Source: a virus (taxonomy: Duplodnaviria > Caudoviricetes). From it: a stretch of DNA of 31,563 nucleotides. Both the position numbers and the translations under genes were made by a program. The notes below the pieces were generated by a model. That model searched no databases. It saw only the letters and a list, made by a program, of their open reading frames with translations, and was not told the origin of the DNA. Shown piece after piece: positions 23,817 through 31,563 of the stretch. Location: positions 1-31,563 of IMG/VR virus record IMGVR_UViG_3300012890_000011. One strand, 5' to 3'. Numbering within the stretch: the first letter of the stretch is position 1; each line of letters starts with the position of its first letter.

Positions 23817-26608
23817 TGGCGGGCGGATCTCCGTTCGCCTTCGCGGGCGCGGTCGTCGGCGGCGCGATCGGGTCTATCGGCGCGCCCTTCGGCGGCGTCG
23901 GCGTCGGAGCGAAGTGGGGCGCGACCATCGGCACGGTGGTCGGGTCGCTCGTCTCGAAGCCGCCCGACGCCGCCAAGTCGCGCGACACGCGATGGGGAGG
24001 CGTCAGCTACGGGACGAGCATCCCGCGCGGTTGGGGGCAGCACCGGACCGACGCGCTCGTGTTCTGGGGCGTCCGGAACGCCGACGGCTCCTATCTCTTC
24101 AAGCACACCCAGAAGAAGCGCAAGGGCAAAGGCGCCCAGAACGTGGCGCACTACCGGGCCACGTTCGCCTTCTACATCCTTGAGACCGGACTGACCTTCG
24201 ACGACGGGCGGCAGGTGGAGCGGCGCATCGTGGTCGACCGGGTCTGGATGGCCGACAAGATCGTGTGGCAGAGCCCCAGCGCGGCGCCGATCGCGCCCTG
24301 GTCCTCGACCGTCACCTACGCCTACGGCGACCACGTCACCCGATCCGGAAAGACGTACGCCAGCGTCGGGGACGCCAACCTGGGCCATACGCCTCCCAGC
24401 GGGTCGAACTCGTGGTGGCAGAAGGTCTCGACGTCGAAGAACATGAACCTCGTGTTCCATCCGGACGAGACGGAATCCACCTTCACGATGGCCGCCGACT
24501 CGGTGATGGTGGCCCACGACGGGATCGCGAACACCCCCGCGATGCGCGGCGGCGCCTACGGCCTCGCGGACGACGTGGACCTCTTCGACATCGGGAACGT
24601 CGTCCCGCAGAACGTCAGCGTCGAATGGCGCTGGGCGGATACCTGCTACCTGCGGGACCTTCTGGGCGACGCCTGCGGCCTCTCGGGAATGCCCGAGGGC
24701 TCCTACGACTTCTCGGACGTCGCCGACACCCTGACGGGCTACCGGCAGACCTCGCGCCAGTCGGGCCAGGACCTCATCGGCTCGCCGCTCGCGATCAAGG
24801 GCTACGACCTCGTGTCGATCGATGGCGTCGTGCGGGCGGTGAGGCGGGGCGGCGCCGTGACGGTGGACGTGCCGAGATCCGCCCTCGGCGGCACGCTCGA
24901 AGGCGAGACCGTCCAGCCTTTGGACGAGCAGATCCTCGTCGATCCATCCGAGCTCCATTCCTCCTTCCGGCTGGGCTACTACGACGCCGCGGCGGGCTTC
25001 CGCCAGTCGTACCAGTCGGCGTTCCGAAACGACCACCAGACCGACAACCCGACCGACATGGCGACCGACCTCGTCATGACGCCGGTCGAGGCGGCCAGGG
25101 TGGCGGGGCGGCTGCTCGACACGGAATGGCTGGAGGCGGGCGGCACGTTCGGTGTTTCGCTTTTGGGGGACTACTCCTCGGTCGTGGGAACCGACCCCGT
25201 CACCATCCCCTACCGAGGCAGGGCGACCCGCTTCCGCATCACGGGAACGGCGTTCGTGCAGAACCAGATCAAGGTGAAGCTGGCGCGCGACGCGATCGAG
25301 GTCACGCGTCGCTACGAGTCGGCGTCCACCACCATCGCGGCCAAGCCCGACGACGGGGCGATCGTCCCGACGGCGTTCGACGTGCGCTCGCCCGCGACCG
25401 ACCTCTCGACCGACTTCGCCACCTATCCCGGCTTCTACGTCTTCGCGAACGGGCCCGAAGGATGGCTCGGCGGCCAGGTGGTCTTCACCTTCGACCCGCC
25501 CGGCTCCGAGAGCCGCGAGTGGGCGGACGGTCCCTACGTCACCGACGCCTCGACGTTCGGCGTCCTGACGGCCGCTCTGGCGGGGACGGGCACGACGCCG
25601 ACCGTTCCCTCCGCTCCGACCGGACTGGCGGCGACGGCGGGCGACGCCCAGGTCTCGCTCGCCTGGGGCGCGGCGAGCGGGGCGACGAGCTACAGCGTCA
25701 AGCGCGCGACCGTCTCGGGCGGGCCGTACACGACCGTCCAGAGCGGCCTCACGTCGCCCTCTTGGATCGACTCCGGGCGCACGAACGGCACGACCTACTG
25801 GTACGTCGTCTCCGCGTCCAACACGGCCGGGGAAGGCCCCGACTCCAGCCAGGCGAGCGCGACGCCCACGGCCCCGGTGACGCCCCCACCCGCTCCGTCC
25901 GCGCCGACCGGCCTGACGGCGTTCGGTCGCACCTCGAGGGTGGATATCGCCTGGAACGCGGTCTCCGGCGCGACCTCCTACACCCTCAAGCGCGGCACGG
26001 TCAGCGGGTCCTATCCGTCGACCGTGGCGACGGGGCTCACCAGCCCCTCCTACACGGACACCGGCCGGAGCGACGGTACGACCTACTTCTACGCGGTGGC
26101 CGCCGTCGGATCGGGCGGCACGAGCGCGAACTCGTCGGAGGCGAGCGCGGTCCCGATCGCCGTTCCGACGCCGATCTCTGCCACCGCTGGGAACGCCTCG
26201 GTCTCGCTGAGCTGGGGCGCGGCGGCCGGGGCGACGAGCTACCGGGTGAGATACGGGACGGTCGCCGGGGGGCCGTACGGATCGACCCTGGCCGTGAGCG
26301 GCACGTCCACGACGATCGCCGGTCTCGTGAACGGAACCGCCTACTACTTCGTCGTGACGGGCATCAACGTCGTCGGAGAGAGCGACCCCTCGACCCAGGC
26401 GACCGCGACGCCGTTCGGAGGCGGCGCAGGAATGGGCACGGGCACGGCGACAGGCCCCGGAACCGGCACGGCGACCGCGACGGCCGGTGGCCCTCCGACG
26501 GCTACGGGCCCACAGACGGGAACCGGAACGCTCACCCAGACGGGCGTAGGAGCCAACACCGGCACGTTCACTCCGGCGCCGGGGACGGGCGTGAATGCCG
26601 GACAGTAG
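23816..26608 (+). CDS. Central tail / host-specificity protein (RcGTA g15 megatron-like, N-terminal part) with CBM5/12 insert, three FN3 domains and a Thr/Gly tail
   Basis: GTG at 23816 with GGAGG; Gly-rich hydrophobic N-terminus, SYG..IPR.WG, Y.ATFA, RVW..K, G..NTPA.RG; three PxAPTGL-type FN3 repeats. Confidence 0.88.
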   Translation: MAGGSPFAFAGAVVGGAIGSIGAPFGGVGVGAKWGATIGTVVGSLVSKPPDAAKSRDTRWGGVSYGTSIPRGWGQHRTDALVFWGVRNADGSYLFKHTQKKRKGKGAQNVAHYRATFAFYILETGLTFDDGRQVERRIVVDRVWMADKIVWQSPSAAPIAPWSSTVTYAYGDHVTRSGKTYASVGDANLGHTPPSGSNSWWQKVSTSKNMNLVFHPDETESTFTMAADSVMVAHDGIANTPAMRGGAYGLADDVDLFDIGNVVPQNVSVEWRWADTCYLRDLLGDACGLSGMPEGSYDFSDVADTLTGYRQTSRQSGQDLIGSPLAIKGYDLVSIDGVVRAVRRGGAVTVDVPRSALGGTLEGETVQPLDEQILVDPSELHSSFRLGYYDAAAGFRQSYQSAFRNDHQTDNPTDMATDLVMTPVEAARVAGRLLDTEWLEAGGTFGVSLLGDYSSVVGTDPVTIPYRGRATRFRITGTAFVQNQIKVKLARDAIEVTRRYESASTTIAAKPDDGAIVPTAFDVRSPATDLSTDFATYPGFYVFANGPEGWLGGQVVFTFDPPGSESREWADGPYVTDASTFGVLTAALAGTGTTPTVPSAPTGLAATAGDAQVSLAWGAASGATSYSVKRATVSGGPYTTVQSGLTSPSWIDSGRTNGTTYWYVVSASNTAGEGPDSSQASATPTAPVTPPPAPSAPTGLTAFGRTSRVDIAWNAVSGATSYTLKRGTVSGSYPSTVATGLTSPSYTDTGRSDGTTYFYAVAAVGSGGTSANSSEASAVPIAVPTPISATAGNASVSLSWGAAAGATSYRVRYGTVAGGPYGSTLAVSGTSTTIAGLVNGTAYYFVVTGINVVGESDPSTQATATPFGGGAGMGTGTATGPGTGTATATAGGPPTATGPQTGTGTLTQTGVGANTGTFTPAPGTGVNAGQ

Positions 26609-27434
26609 GAACGTCCGCACCATCGACGCGCGGCTCGGGGGCGTGGGGGATCTCGCCGTCGCCCTCTGGATCGCCGAGGGGGCAAGGCGGCAAGGGGAGA
26701 CCGTCCCGATCGCGGGCTACGGCGACGTGGTCCGCGCCTTCGGTCTCGCGCGGGCGCAGGGGGTCTCGCCCGACCGACTGGCGACGGGTACCGACTCGAC
26801 CGCCTACCAGGAGGAGCTTAGGACGAGCGAAGACCGCTCGCCACGCACGCTGAGATGGCAGAGGACCCACGGATGGGACTATCCTCCCGCGCGCCCCCGG
26901 CTGCTCGCCCTGCCCAAGAAGGCGAGGCGGTGGGGGGAAGCGATGTCGGACGCGAGGACCGTCGTCGTGGCCCCGCGCGCGAACTTCACGACCCGGACCC
27001 TTCCGGATCAGAAGTGGCTTCGGGTCGCATGGGCCCTGCAGGCCGAAGGCTTCGACGTGGTCGCGATCGACCGGGACAAGGAGGCGGTGGACCGGTTTCC
27101 GCGCTACGCATTCGGCTTCGGCTGGACGCACGTCCTCGCCCTCATGGAGCGCGCCGCCCTCGTCCTGGGCAACGATTCGGGAATCTCCCACCTTGCGGCG
27201 ACGCTAGGCGTTCCGGCCGTCGTCGCGATGGGCCCGACCGATCCCGCCATCGTCTTCGGCCACGCCGACAACGTCCGGGCGGTCCGGTCTGAGGCGACGC
27301 CTTGCGTCGGGTGCCACTTCCGCCAGGCGAGCGGCTTCTCGGCGCCTTGCGACGTCGGCTGCGAGGCCCTCCACCTTCTGCCCTGGGAAGCCCTTCGAGA
27401 CGCCGCCCTCGCCTGCCTCCAAAGATCATCATGA
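26595..27434 (+). CDS. Glycosyltransferase family 9 (heptosyltransferase-like)
   Basis: GGVGD N-terminal motif; VLGNDSGISHLAATLGVPAVVAMGPT; CxxC...C...C cluster. Confidence 0.9.
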   Translation: MPDSRNVRTIDARLGGVGDLAVALWIAEGARRQGETVPIAGYGDVVRAFGLARAQGVSPDRLATGTDSTAYQEELRTSEDRSPRTLRWQRTHGWDYPPARPRLLALPKKARRWGEAMSDARTVVVAPRANFTTRTLPDQKWLRVAWALQAEGFDVVAIDRDKEAVDRFPRYAFGFGWTHVLALMERAALVLGNDSGISHLAATLGVPAVVAMGPTDPAIVFGHADNVRAVRSEATPCVGCHFRQASGFSAPCDVGCEALHLLPWEALRDAALACLQRSS

Positions 27435-28036
27435 GCACCGCAGAACTGCAAGTAAAGATCGCCTCGACGATGGCGGTCCCCGCATCGACCTTGACGCTGG
27501 TGAACAACGGCGCCCAGAACGCGCTTATCGGCGAGGAGATCGTCGGCGTGGTCGACGCCACCGACCTCGGGAACGGCGCGTACCAGATCGGGCCCAACCT
27601 CGTCCGGGGGATGCGGGGATCGCCCGCAGTCGCCCATCCTGCCGGTGAGACCTTCGCCGCCGCTCCGAGCGTCGATCAGACGACGAAGGTCGAGGTGGAT
27701 CCCCAGTACATCGGCAGGACGGTCTACGTCCGGGTTCTCTCGCCCGGGCAGGACCTGGACGATTCCCCCGAGCTGTCGTGCGTCGTCGCCGACCCGACGT
27801 CCCCCTACGTGACGAAGCTTCCGCAGTGGGCGAACGGGGAGACCCCGGTGGGAGCGGTGGACGGCGTGAACGTCACGTTCACGCTCGCCCACGCGCCGAT
27901 TCCGGGAAGCCTGACCCTCTTCGTCAGCGGCGCGCCCGAGAGCACGACCGACGTCACCACGAGCGGGACGACGGTGACCTTCGCCACGCCTCCCCCGGTC
28001 GACTCGACCCTGAGCGCCCAGTACCAGTACCTCTAA
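27431..28036 (+). CDS. Tail protein resembling the detached C-terminal part of the megatron-like protein plus a small beta domain
   Basis: ATGA overlap with GT9; ALIGEEIV...AT..G.G.Y....LVRG.RGS...H.AGE.F motif; C-terminal GAVDGVN.TFTL...VTFATPP. Confidence 0.75.
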   Translation: MSTAELQVKIASTMAVPASTLTLVNNGAQNALIGEEIVGVVDATDLGNGAYQIGPNLVRGMRGSPAVAHPAGETFAAAPSVDQTTKVEVDPQYIGRTVYVRVLSPGQDLDDSPELSCVVADPTSPYVTKLPQWANGETPVGAVDGVNVTFTLAHAPIPGSLTLFVSGAPESTTDVTTSGTTVTFATPPPVDSTLSAQYQYL

Positions 28037-28040
28037 GCCC

Positions 28041-28748
28041 ATGCGAGTCCGGTCTATCAACATCCCATCGTCCATCGTCGGCGTGTGCGTCAACGAGGCC
28101 GGCCACCTCATCGTCACCTTCAAGGACGGCTCGTCCATGGACGCGGGCTACGTGGTCGGCCCGCCCGGCAATCCTGGCGCGGGAACGGCGGGCAAGAACG
28201 CTGTTCAGCCGACCTTCTCCGCCACGGTCGCGCTCGGCGCCGTCGGATCGGACGCGACGGTGAACGTCACCAGCGTCGACGGGGTAGCCCAAAAGCTGGC
28301 GTTCGCACTTCCCAAGCCGAAGGACGGCATTGATGGAAAGGACGGAGTGAAAGGGGGCGACGGAACGACGCCCTCGATCTCGATCGGCACCGTGACGACG
28401 CTCGCGCTCGGGGCGACTCCGACGGTCAGGCGCAAGGCGGGTGACACGGACGCTACGCCGGTGTTCGATTTCGGTCTGCCGGGCGCGATCCTCGGTGGAT
28501 CGTTCGACGTCCAGATCCCGGCGATCCTCCTAGCGGCCGTCGGGGTTCTTAAGTCGGCGACGGTCAACGTCCCCGGCGCGAAGGTTGGGATGCTGGCGCT
28601 GGCGAGCCCTCCGCGTGGGCTTATGCCTTCCCTCTCAAAATCGCCGCTCGCCACGGTCACCGCCGACGGGGTGGTGACCATCGACTACGTCGCCGCCGTC
28701 GCGATCGCCGCCCAGACCGCGACGTTCATCGTTCGCGTGATCCCCTAA
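28041..28748 (+). CDS. Tail fibre-like protein with short collagen-like repeats
   Basis: GHLIVTF.DG...DAG.V.GP.G; GXY repeats; IGTVTTL..G....FDFGLP module. Confidence 0.75.
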   Translation: MRVRSINIPSSIVGVCVNEAGHLIVTFKDGSSMDAGYVVGPPGNPGAGTAGKNAVQPTFSATVALGAVGSDATVNVTSVDGVAQKLAFALPKPKDGIDGKDGVKGGDGTTPSISIGTVTTLALGATPTVRRKAGDTDATPVFDFGLPGAILGGSFDVQIPAILLAAVGVLKSATVNVPGAKVGMLALASPPRGLMPSLSKSPLATVTADGVVTIDYVAAVAIAAQTATFIVRVIP

Positions 28749-28773
28749 TAGCCCCTTAGGACACAAGGAACAA

Positions 28774-28819
28774 GCCCCCGGCTCCTCTCTCAAGAGGAGC
28801 CGGGGGCCTTTCGTCGTTT
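28774..28819 (+). terminator. 15-bp perfect hairpin ending the structural operon
   Basis: gcccccggctcctct-ctca-agaggagccgggggc followed by ctttcgtcgttt. Confidence 0.8.
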
Positions 28820-29091
28820 CGCGGACGTTAGGATCTTCGAGAAGAATCCCTCGTCGCCATGAGGAACTCCCTTTTAGCGCCGACCATTGAGGCAGGCCGC
28901 ACGATGAGGCGGCGAGAAGAGAAGCAGACGCAATTGGGCCGGACTCCTAGCATGGGGATCCGGCCTCTTTTTCGTCGCTGGGGGTCGCCTAAGGCCCGCT
29001 TCCGGTGGGACCGAGAACGACGGCAGGTTCCTCGACGGGGGCTTTCCTCGCGGGTGCGAAACCTTCTTTTCGGCCGGTTCGTCTTGGCAAC

Positions 29092-29244
29092 GTGGACGAG
29101 TTCGATGCCGCGCGGAAGACGGAGGAGGAGATGAAGGAGACCGTCCGACTGATGGTGGAGGAAGAGGAGCGCTTCCAGGACGACGCGCAGCACGTCAGGG
29201 AGAACATGAGGGTCGTTCGCGACGAGGCCCGGCCCAAAGACTAG
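29092..29244 (+). CDS. Small acidic helical hypothetical protein (50 aa)
   Basis: GTG 29092 in frame with ORF 29005..29244; coding-like codons; start uncertain. Confidence 0.45.
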   Translation: MDEFDAARKTEEEMKETVRLMVEEEERFQDDAQHVRENMRVVRDEARPKD

Positions 29245-29412
29245 CCTTTCCGGCGTCGGGGCTTCGGCTTCGGATCGTCGCGGAACTTCGCGTCGAGACT
29301 CCGCCGTGCATCCCTTCGGCGCGGCCCTGCCCGATAGTGTCCCCGTCCTAGGCGCTCCGAAGATACGGTGTGATCCGGCTACACAGATCCGACGTCCTCA
29401 CGAGTCCGGATC

Positions 29413-29451
29413 GCGCGCCGCTCGGGCCGGACCCCGGCCCGAGCGGCGCGC
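29413..29451. repeat. 18-bp perfect inverted repeat with 3-nt loop
   Basis: gcgcgccgctcgggccgg-acc-ccggcccgagcggcgcgc. Confidence 0.85.
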
Positions 29452-29551
29452 CCAGGTCGCGGGACGGACGCGCCTCGCACGCCGTCCGTGCGTGTAGACT
29501 CGCGCATGGAGGTTCGGGACCCTCGTCCGGACCGCCCCCGCCCGGTGTCCC

Positions 29552-30289
29552 ATGGCCCTTCCCGAGACCGACGAGTTCCACATCGAGTACCTCTCCGATC
29601 GCGAGCGCGCGGTGTTCGACCTCGCCGTCGAGGGCCATACGGACGAGCTGATCGCCCAGTCGCTCGGGGTGGCGACCTCCACCGTCGCCAGCTACTGGGT
29701 GCGGATCCGGGGCAAGCTGGGGTCCCTGAGCCGCACCGAGATGGTCGGCGCCGCTCTGCGCCGGGAGATCCGCGAGCGCACCGCCGAGCTCCGGGCCGAG
29801 AACGCCCGCCTCAGGGCCGAGCTCGCGAGGCAGGCCGACCGGACGCAGGGCCTGCTCGCGACCCAGGCCGCCCTGGCGGAGTCCGCGTGGCAACCCCACG
29901 CCCTCGCGCGGCTGCCCGAGGCCGTCCTGGTGGTCGGGCCTCCCGCGGACGTCGTCTACGCGAACCTCCGGGCGCTCAGGCTCTACCGAGCGGACGAGGC
30001 GGGGCTGGAGGGCCTCGCGATGCGGGACCTCACGACCGCCGGGGCCCCGGGTCGGCTGCGGGAGCCCTGCCGGGAGATGCTCCTGCCGGGCGGTCCGGAG
30101 GAGGAGACGTACGGCCTGGAGGAGCCCTACTACGCGCGGCGCCGGGACGGCACGAACTTCCAGGCGCTGGTGGAGGCCGAGCGCTTCGACACCCCCTCGG
30201 GTCCTTTCGTGGCCCTCGCCGTGCGGGAATTCATGCAGGACGTGGAGCCGGTCCTGGCGGCTTTGTGCCGACCGCTCAAGGCGGCCTAG
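29552..30289 (+). CDS. LuxR-type HTH / coiled-coil / PAS domain regulator
   Basis: LSDRERAVFDL..EG.T...IAQSLG....TV..Y..RIR.KLG; PAS motifs LPEAVLVV, YAN and RRRDGTNF. Confidence 0.88.
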   Translation: MALPETDEFHIEYLSDRERAVFDLAVEGHTDELIAQSLGVATSTVASYWVRIRGKLGSLSRTEMVGAALRREIRERTAELRAENARLRAELARQADRTQGLLATQAALAESAWQPHALARLPEAVLVVGPPADVVYANLRALRLYRADEAGLEGLAMRDLTTAGAPGRLREPCREMLLPGGPEEETYGLEEPYYARRRDGTNFQALVEAERFDTPSGPFVALAVREFMQDVEPVLAALCRPLKAA

Positions 30290-30327
30290 GACGCGGGGCG
30301 CTTCCGTGCCGGCCTTCTCGGACAAGG

Positions 30328-30378
30328 AAGGAACAGGCCCCGGCTCCCCTAGAGAGGAGCCGGGGGCTTTTCGTCGTT
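30328..30378. terminator. Hairpin terminator between convergent genes, near-copy of 28765-28818
   Basis: aaggaacagg-ccccggctcc-cctagaga-ggagccgggg-gcttttcgtcgtt. Confidence 0.75.
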
Positions 30379-30391
30379 CAGGCGGATCGCC

Positions 30392-30970
30392 TCAGGCGCG
30401 CTTGCGGCGGCGCAGGGCCATCAGGGCGAACGGGAGGGCGGCGGCGGGGCCCGGCGTGGGAGAAGGCCTGGGACCGTCGAGGCTCACGTCGTCGAGCGCC
30501 GCATAGAGACCCTGGGTACCTCCGTTGAACCGGATCGTCGTCACGCCGGAGGTCGCCACGTAGTCGAGCGTGAAGGTCTCGAAGCCGTTCGTCGGCTGGT
30601 TGAAGCCTGTGCCGAAGACGAACTGGCCGTCGAGGTAGGCGTTGATCCCGACGTCGTAGGCCGAGGGTGGGTTTCCGGCGCCTTCGATGTAGTAGGCGAA
30701 CGAGAAGCGGTATGTCTGCCCCGCGATCGTGGCGACGCTCTGGGACAGCGTCGCATCGTCGGTCGTGGGGCCGTAGAAGTAAGCGGCGTACTGGCCGCTG
30801 GCCGTTCCGTTGACACTCGAGGCTGACACCGCGCCGCCCCCGCCGACGGTCCAGCCGGAGAGATCGCCGGTCTCGAAGCCGCCGTTCACGACGAGGTTGG
30901 CGGCCGACGCCGAGACGGCGGCGGCCAAGAGGACGAGGAGCGAAGCGGATCGGACCAATCGATGTTTCAT
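30392..30970 (-). CDS. Secreted CBM-like protein with PEP-CTERM-like sorting signal
   Basis: Signal peptide; NLVVNGGFETGDLSGWT...LDDVSL domain; C-terminal TPGPAAALPFALMALRRRKRA. Confidence 0.85.
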   Translation of the reverse strand: MKHRLVRSASLLVLLAAAVSASAANLVVNGGFETGDLSGWTVGGGGAVSASSVNGTASGQYAAYFYGPTTDDATLSQSVATIAGQTYRFSFAYYIEGAGNPPSAYDVGINAYLDGQFVFGTGFNQPTNGFETFTLDYVATSGVTTIRFNGGTQGLYAALDDVSLDGPRPSPTPGPAAALPFALMALRRRKRA

Positions 30971-31430
30971 GGGACACCAGCGTTGTTGCCGGCCTCATTC
31001 TACGCCAGAAAAAACTTATAACCATAAAATATCTCATTAAATTCTAAACAGTTTCGTTCGTCGCCGAAGCCTGGCGCGACGACCTTTTAACGATCCTGCC
31101 CGTACCCGCTCGCCGTGGTGACGACCGCCGTCCACAATCCGCCGCGACCGTGGCCTGATCCTCGGGCTCGCTCGCCTCGATCCGCACGCTCGCGGTCGCC
31201 GTCACGACCGTGACCCAGGCGGAAGACGGGAAGAACGGCAGGTCGATCGACGCGTACGCACGGTCGACGGCCTCGTGGAACTCGGCGCGGCTCGGCAGCC
31301 CGTCCGCGGCCTGTGGTCGAAGAAGCGTCGGTCCGATCCGGATTTAACGGCGACCCGGCAGGTTTACCGAGCTCAGAAACGCGGGAAGATGGGAAGACGT
31401 GCAGGAAGGCGCGGCCGGCGCCGACCCACC

Positions 31431-31563
31431 ATGCGCCACATCAGATCGTCTCTCAAGCGTTGCCGGGCGTTTACGCTCGTCGAGCTCCTTATCGTGATCG
31501 TCGTCCTCGCGGTGCTGGCCGCCATCGTCATCCCCAAGTTCGGCGACTCCAGCATGCGGAGCC
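31431..31563 (+). CDS. Prepilin-type N-terminal cleavage/methylation protein (3' truncated)
   Basis: MRHIRSSLKRCRA-FTLVELLIVIVVLAVLAAIVIPKF; not in the ORF track. Confidence 0.88.
   Translation, partial: MRHIRSSLKRCRAFTLVELLIVIVVLAVLAAIVIPKFGDSSMRS

Larger units (their letters stand above)
1..28820 (+). mobile_element. Prophage (siphovirus-type) or GTA-like morphogenesis region
   Basis: Contiguous terminase-to-fibre gene order; right boundary approximate, no att site or integrase seen. Confidence 0.9.

Noticed and set aside
25604-26416. DNA-level repeats among FN3 domains, considered as a DGR template/variable pair
   Set aside because: All copies are in-frame coding, differences are not adenine-specific, and no reverse transcriptase is present in the window.
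82-26853. Many long overlapping ORFs (e.g. 82..1155 +, 3876..5921 -, 8945..11989 +, 8991..11255 -, 20855..23197 -, 23813..26623 -, 24265..26853 +)
   Set aside because: Arg/Pro/Gly-rich shadow frames expected from high GC3 bias; each overlaps a well-supported gene.
28828-29193. ORFs 28828..29193 (-) and 28859..29134 (+) as possible holin or lysis genes
   Set aside because: Arg-rich, no transmembrane segments, not protein-like.
31088-31340. Coding-like minus-strand stretch (PSRAEFHEAVDRAYASIDLPFF...)
   Set aside because: No clear start codon or recognisable family; at most a gene remnant.
1-31563. CRISPR array, tRNA/rRNA, integrase or att core
   Set aside because: No regularly spaced repeats, cloverleaf or recombinase motifs seen by eye; tRNAscan/Infernal were not run.

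Overview
Positions 1 to about 28.8 kb hold the complete + strand morphogenesis operon of a GC-rich temperate siphovirus or GTA-like element. The head genes are a terminase 3' end, a DUF935-like portal, a Mu gpF-like protein, an S49 protease with a probable nested scaffold, a DUF2190-like decoration protein and a Mu gpT-like capsid. They are followed by neck genes, a tail tube, a -1 frameshifted G/GT chaperone pair, a TP901 tape measure, an RcGTA-type tail tip (DUF2460, DUF2163, NlpC/P60, megatron-like) and a collagen-like fibre. The last 2.7 kb looks like host DNA (LuxR-PAS regulator, PEP-CTERM-like protein, start of a prepilin), suggestive of Armatimonadota. Unusual points: (1) three accessory inserts are each followed by a mini-ORF that repeats the C-terminus of the structural gene before the insert, and two of these abut the next structural gene; (2) the central tail gene appears split by a 3xFN3 + Thr/Gly tail + GT9 glycosyltransferase cassette, a candidate virion-glycosylation module; (3) the tail tube carries a 533-aa N-terminal nested lectin extension; (4) the inserts include a ricin-type lectin and a halocin C8/saposin-like peptide precursor. 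All family assignments are by-eye motif recognition and synteny, not database results.
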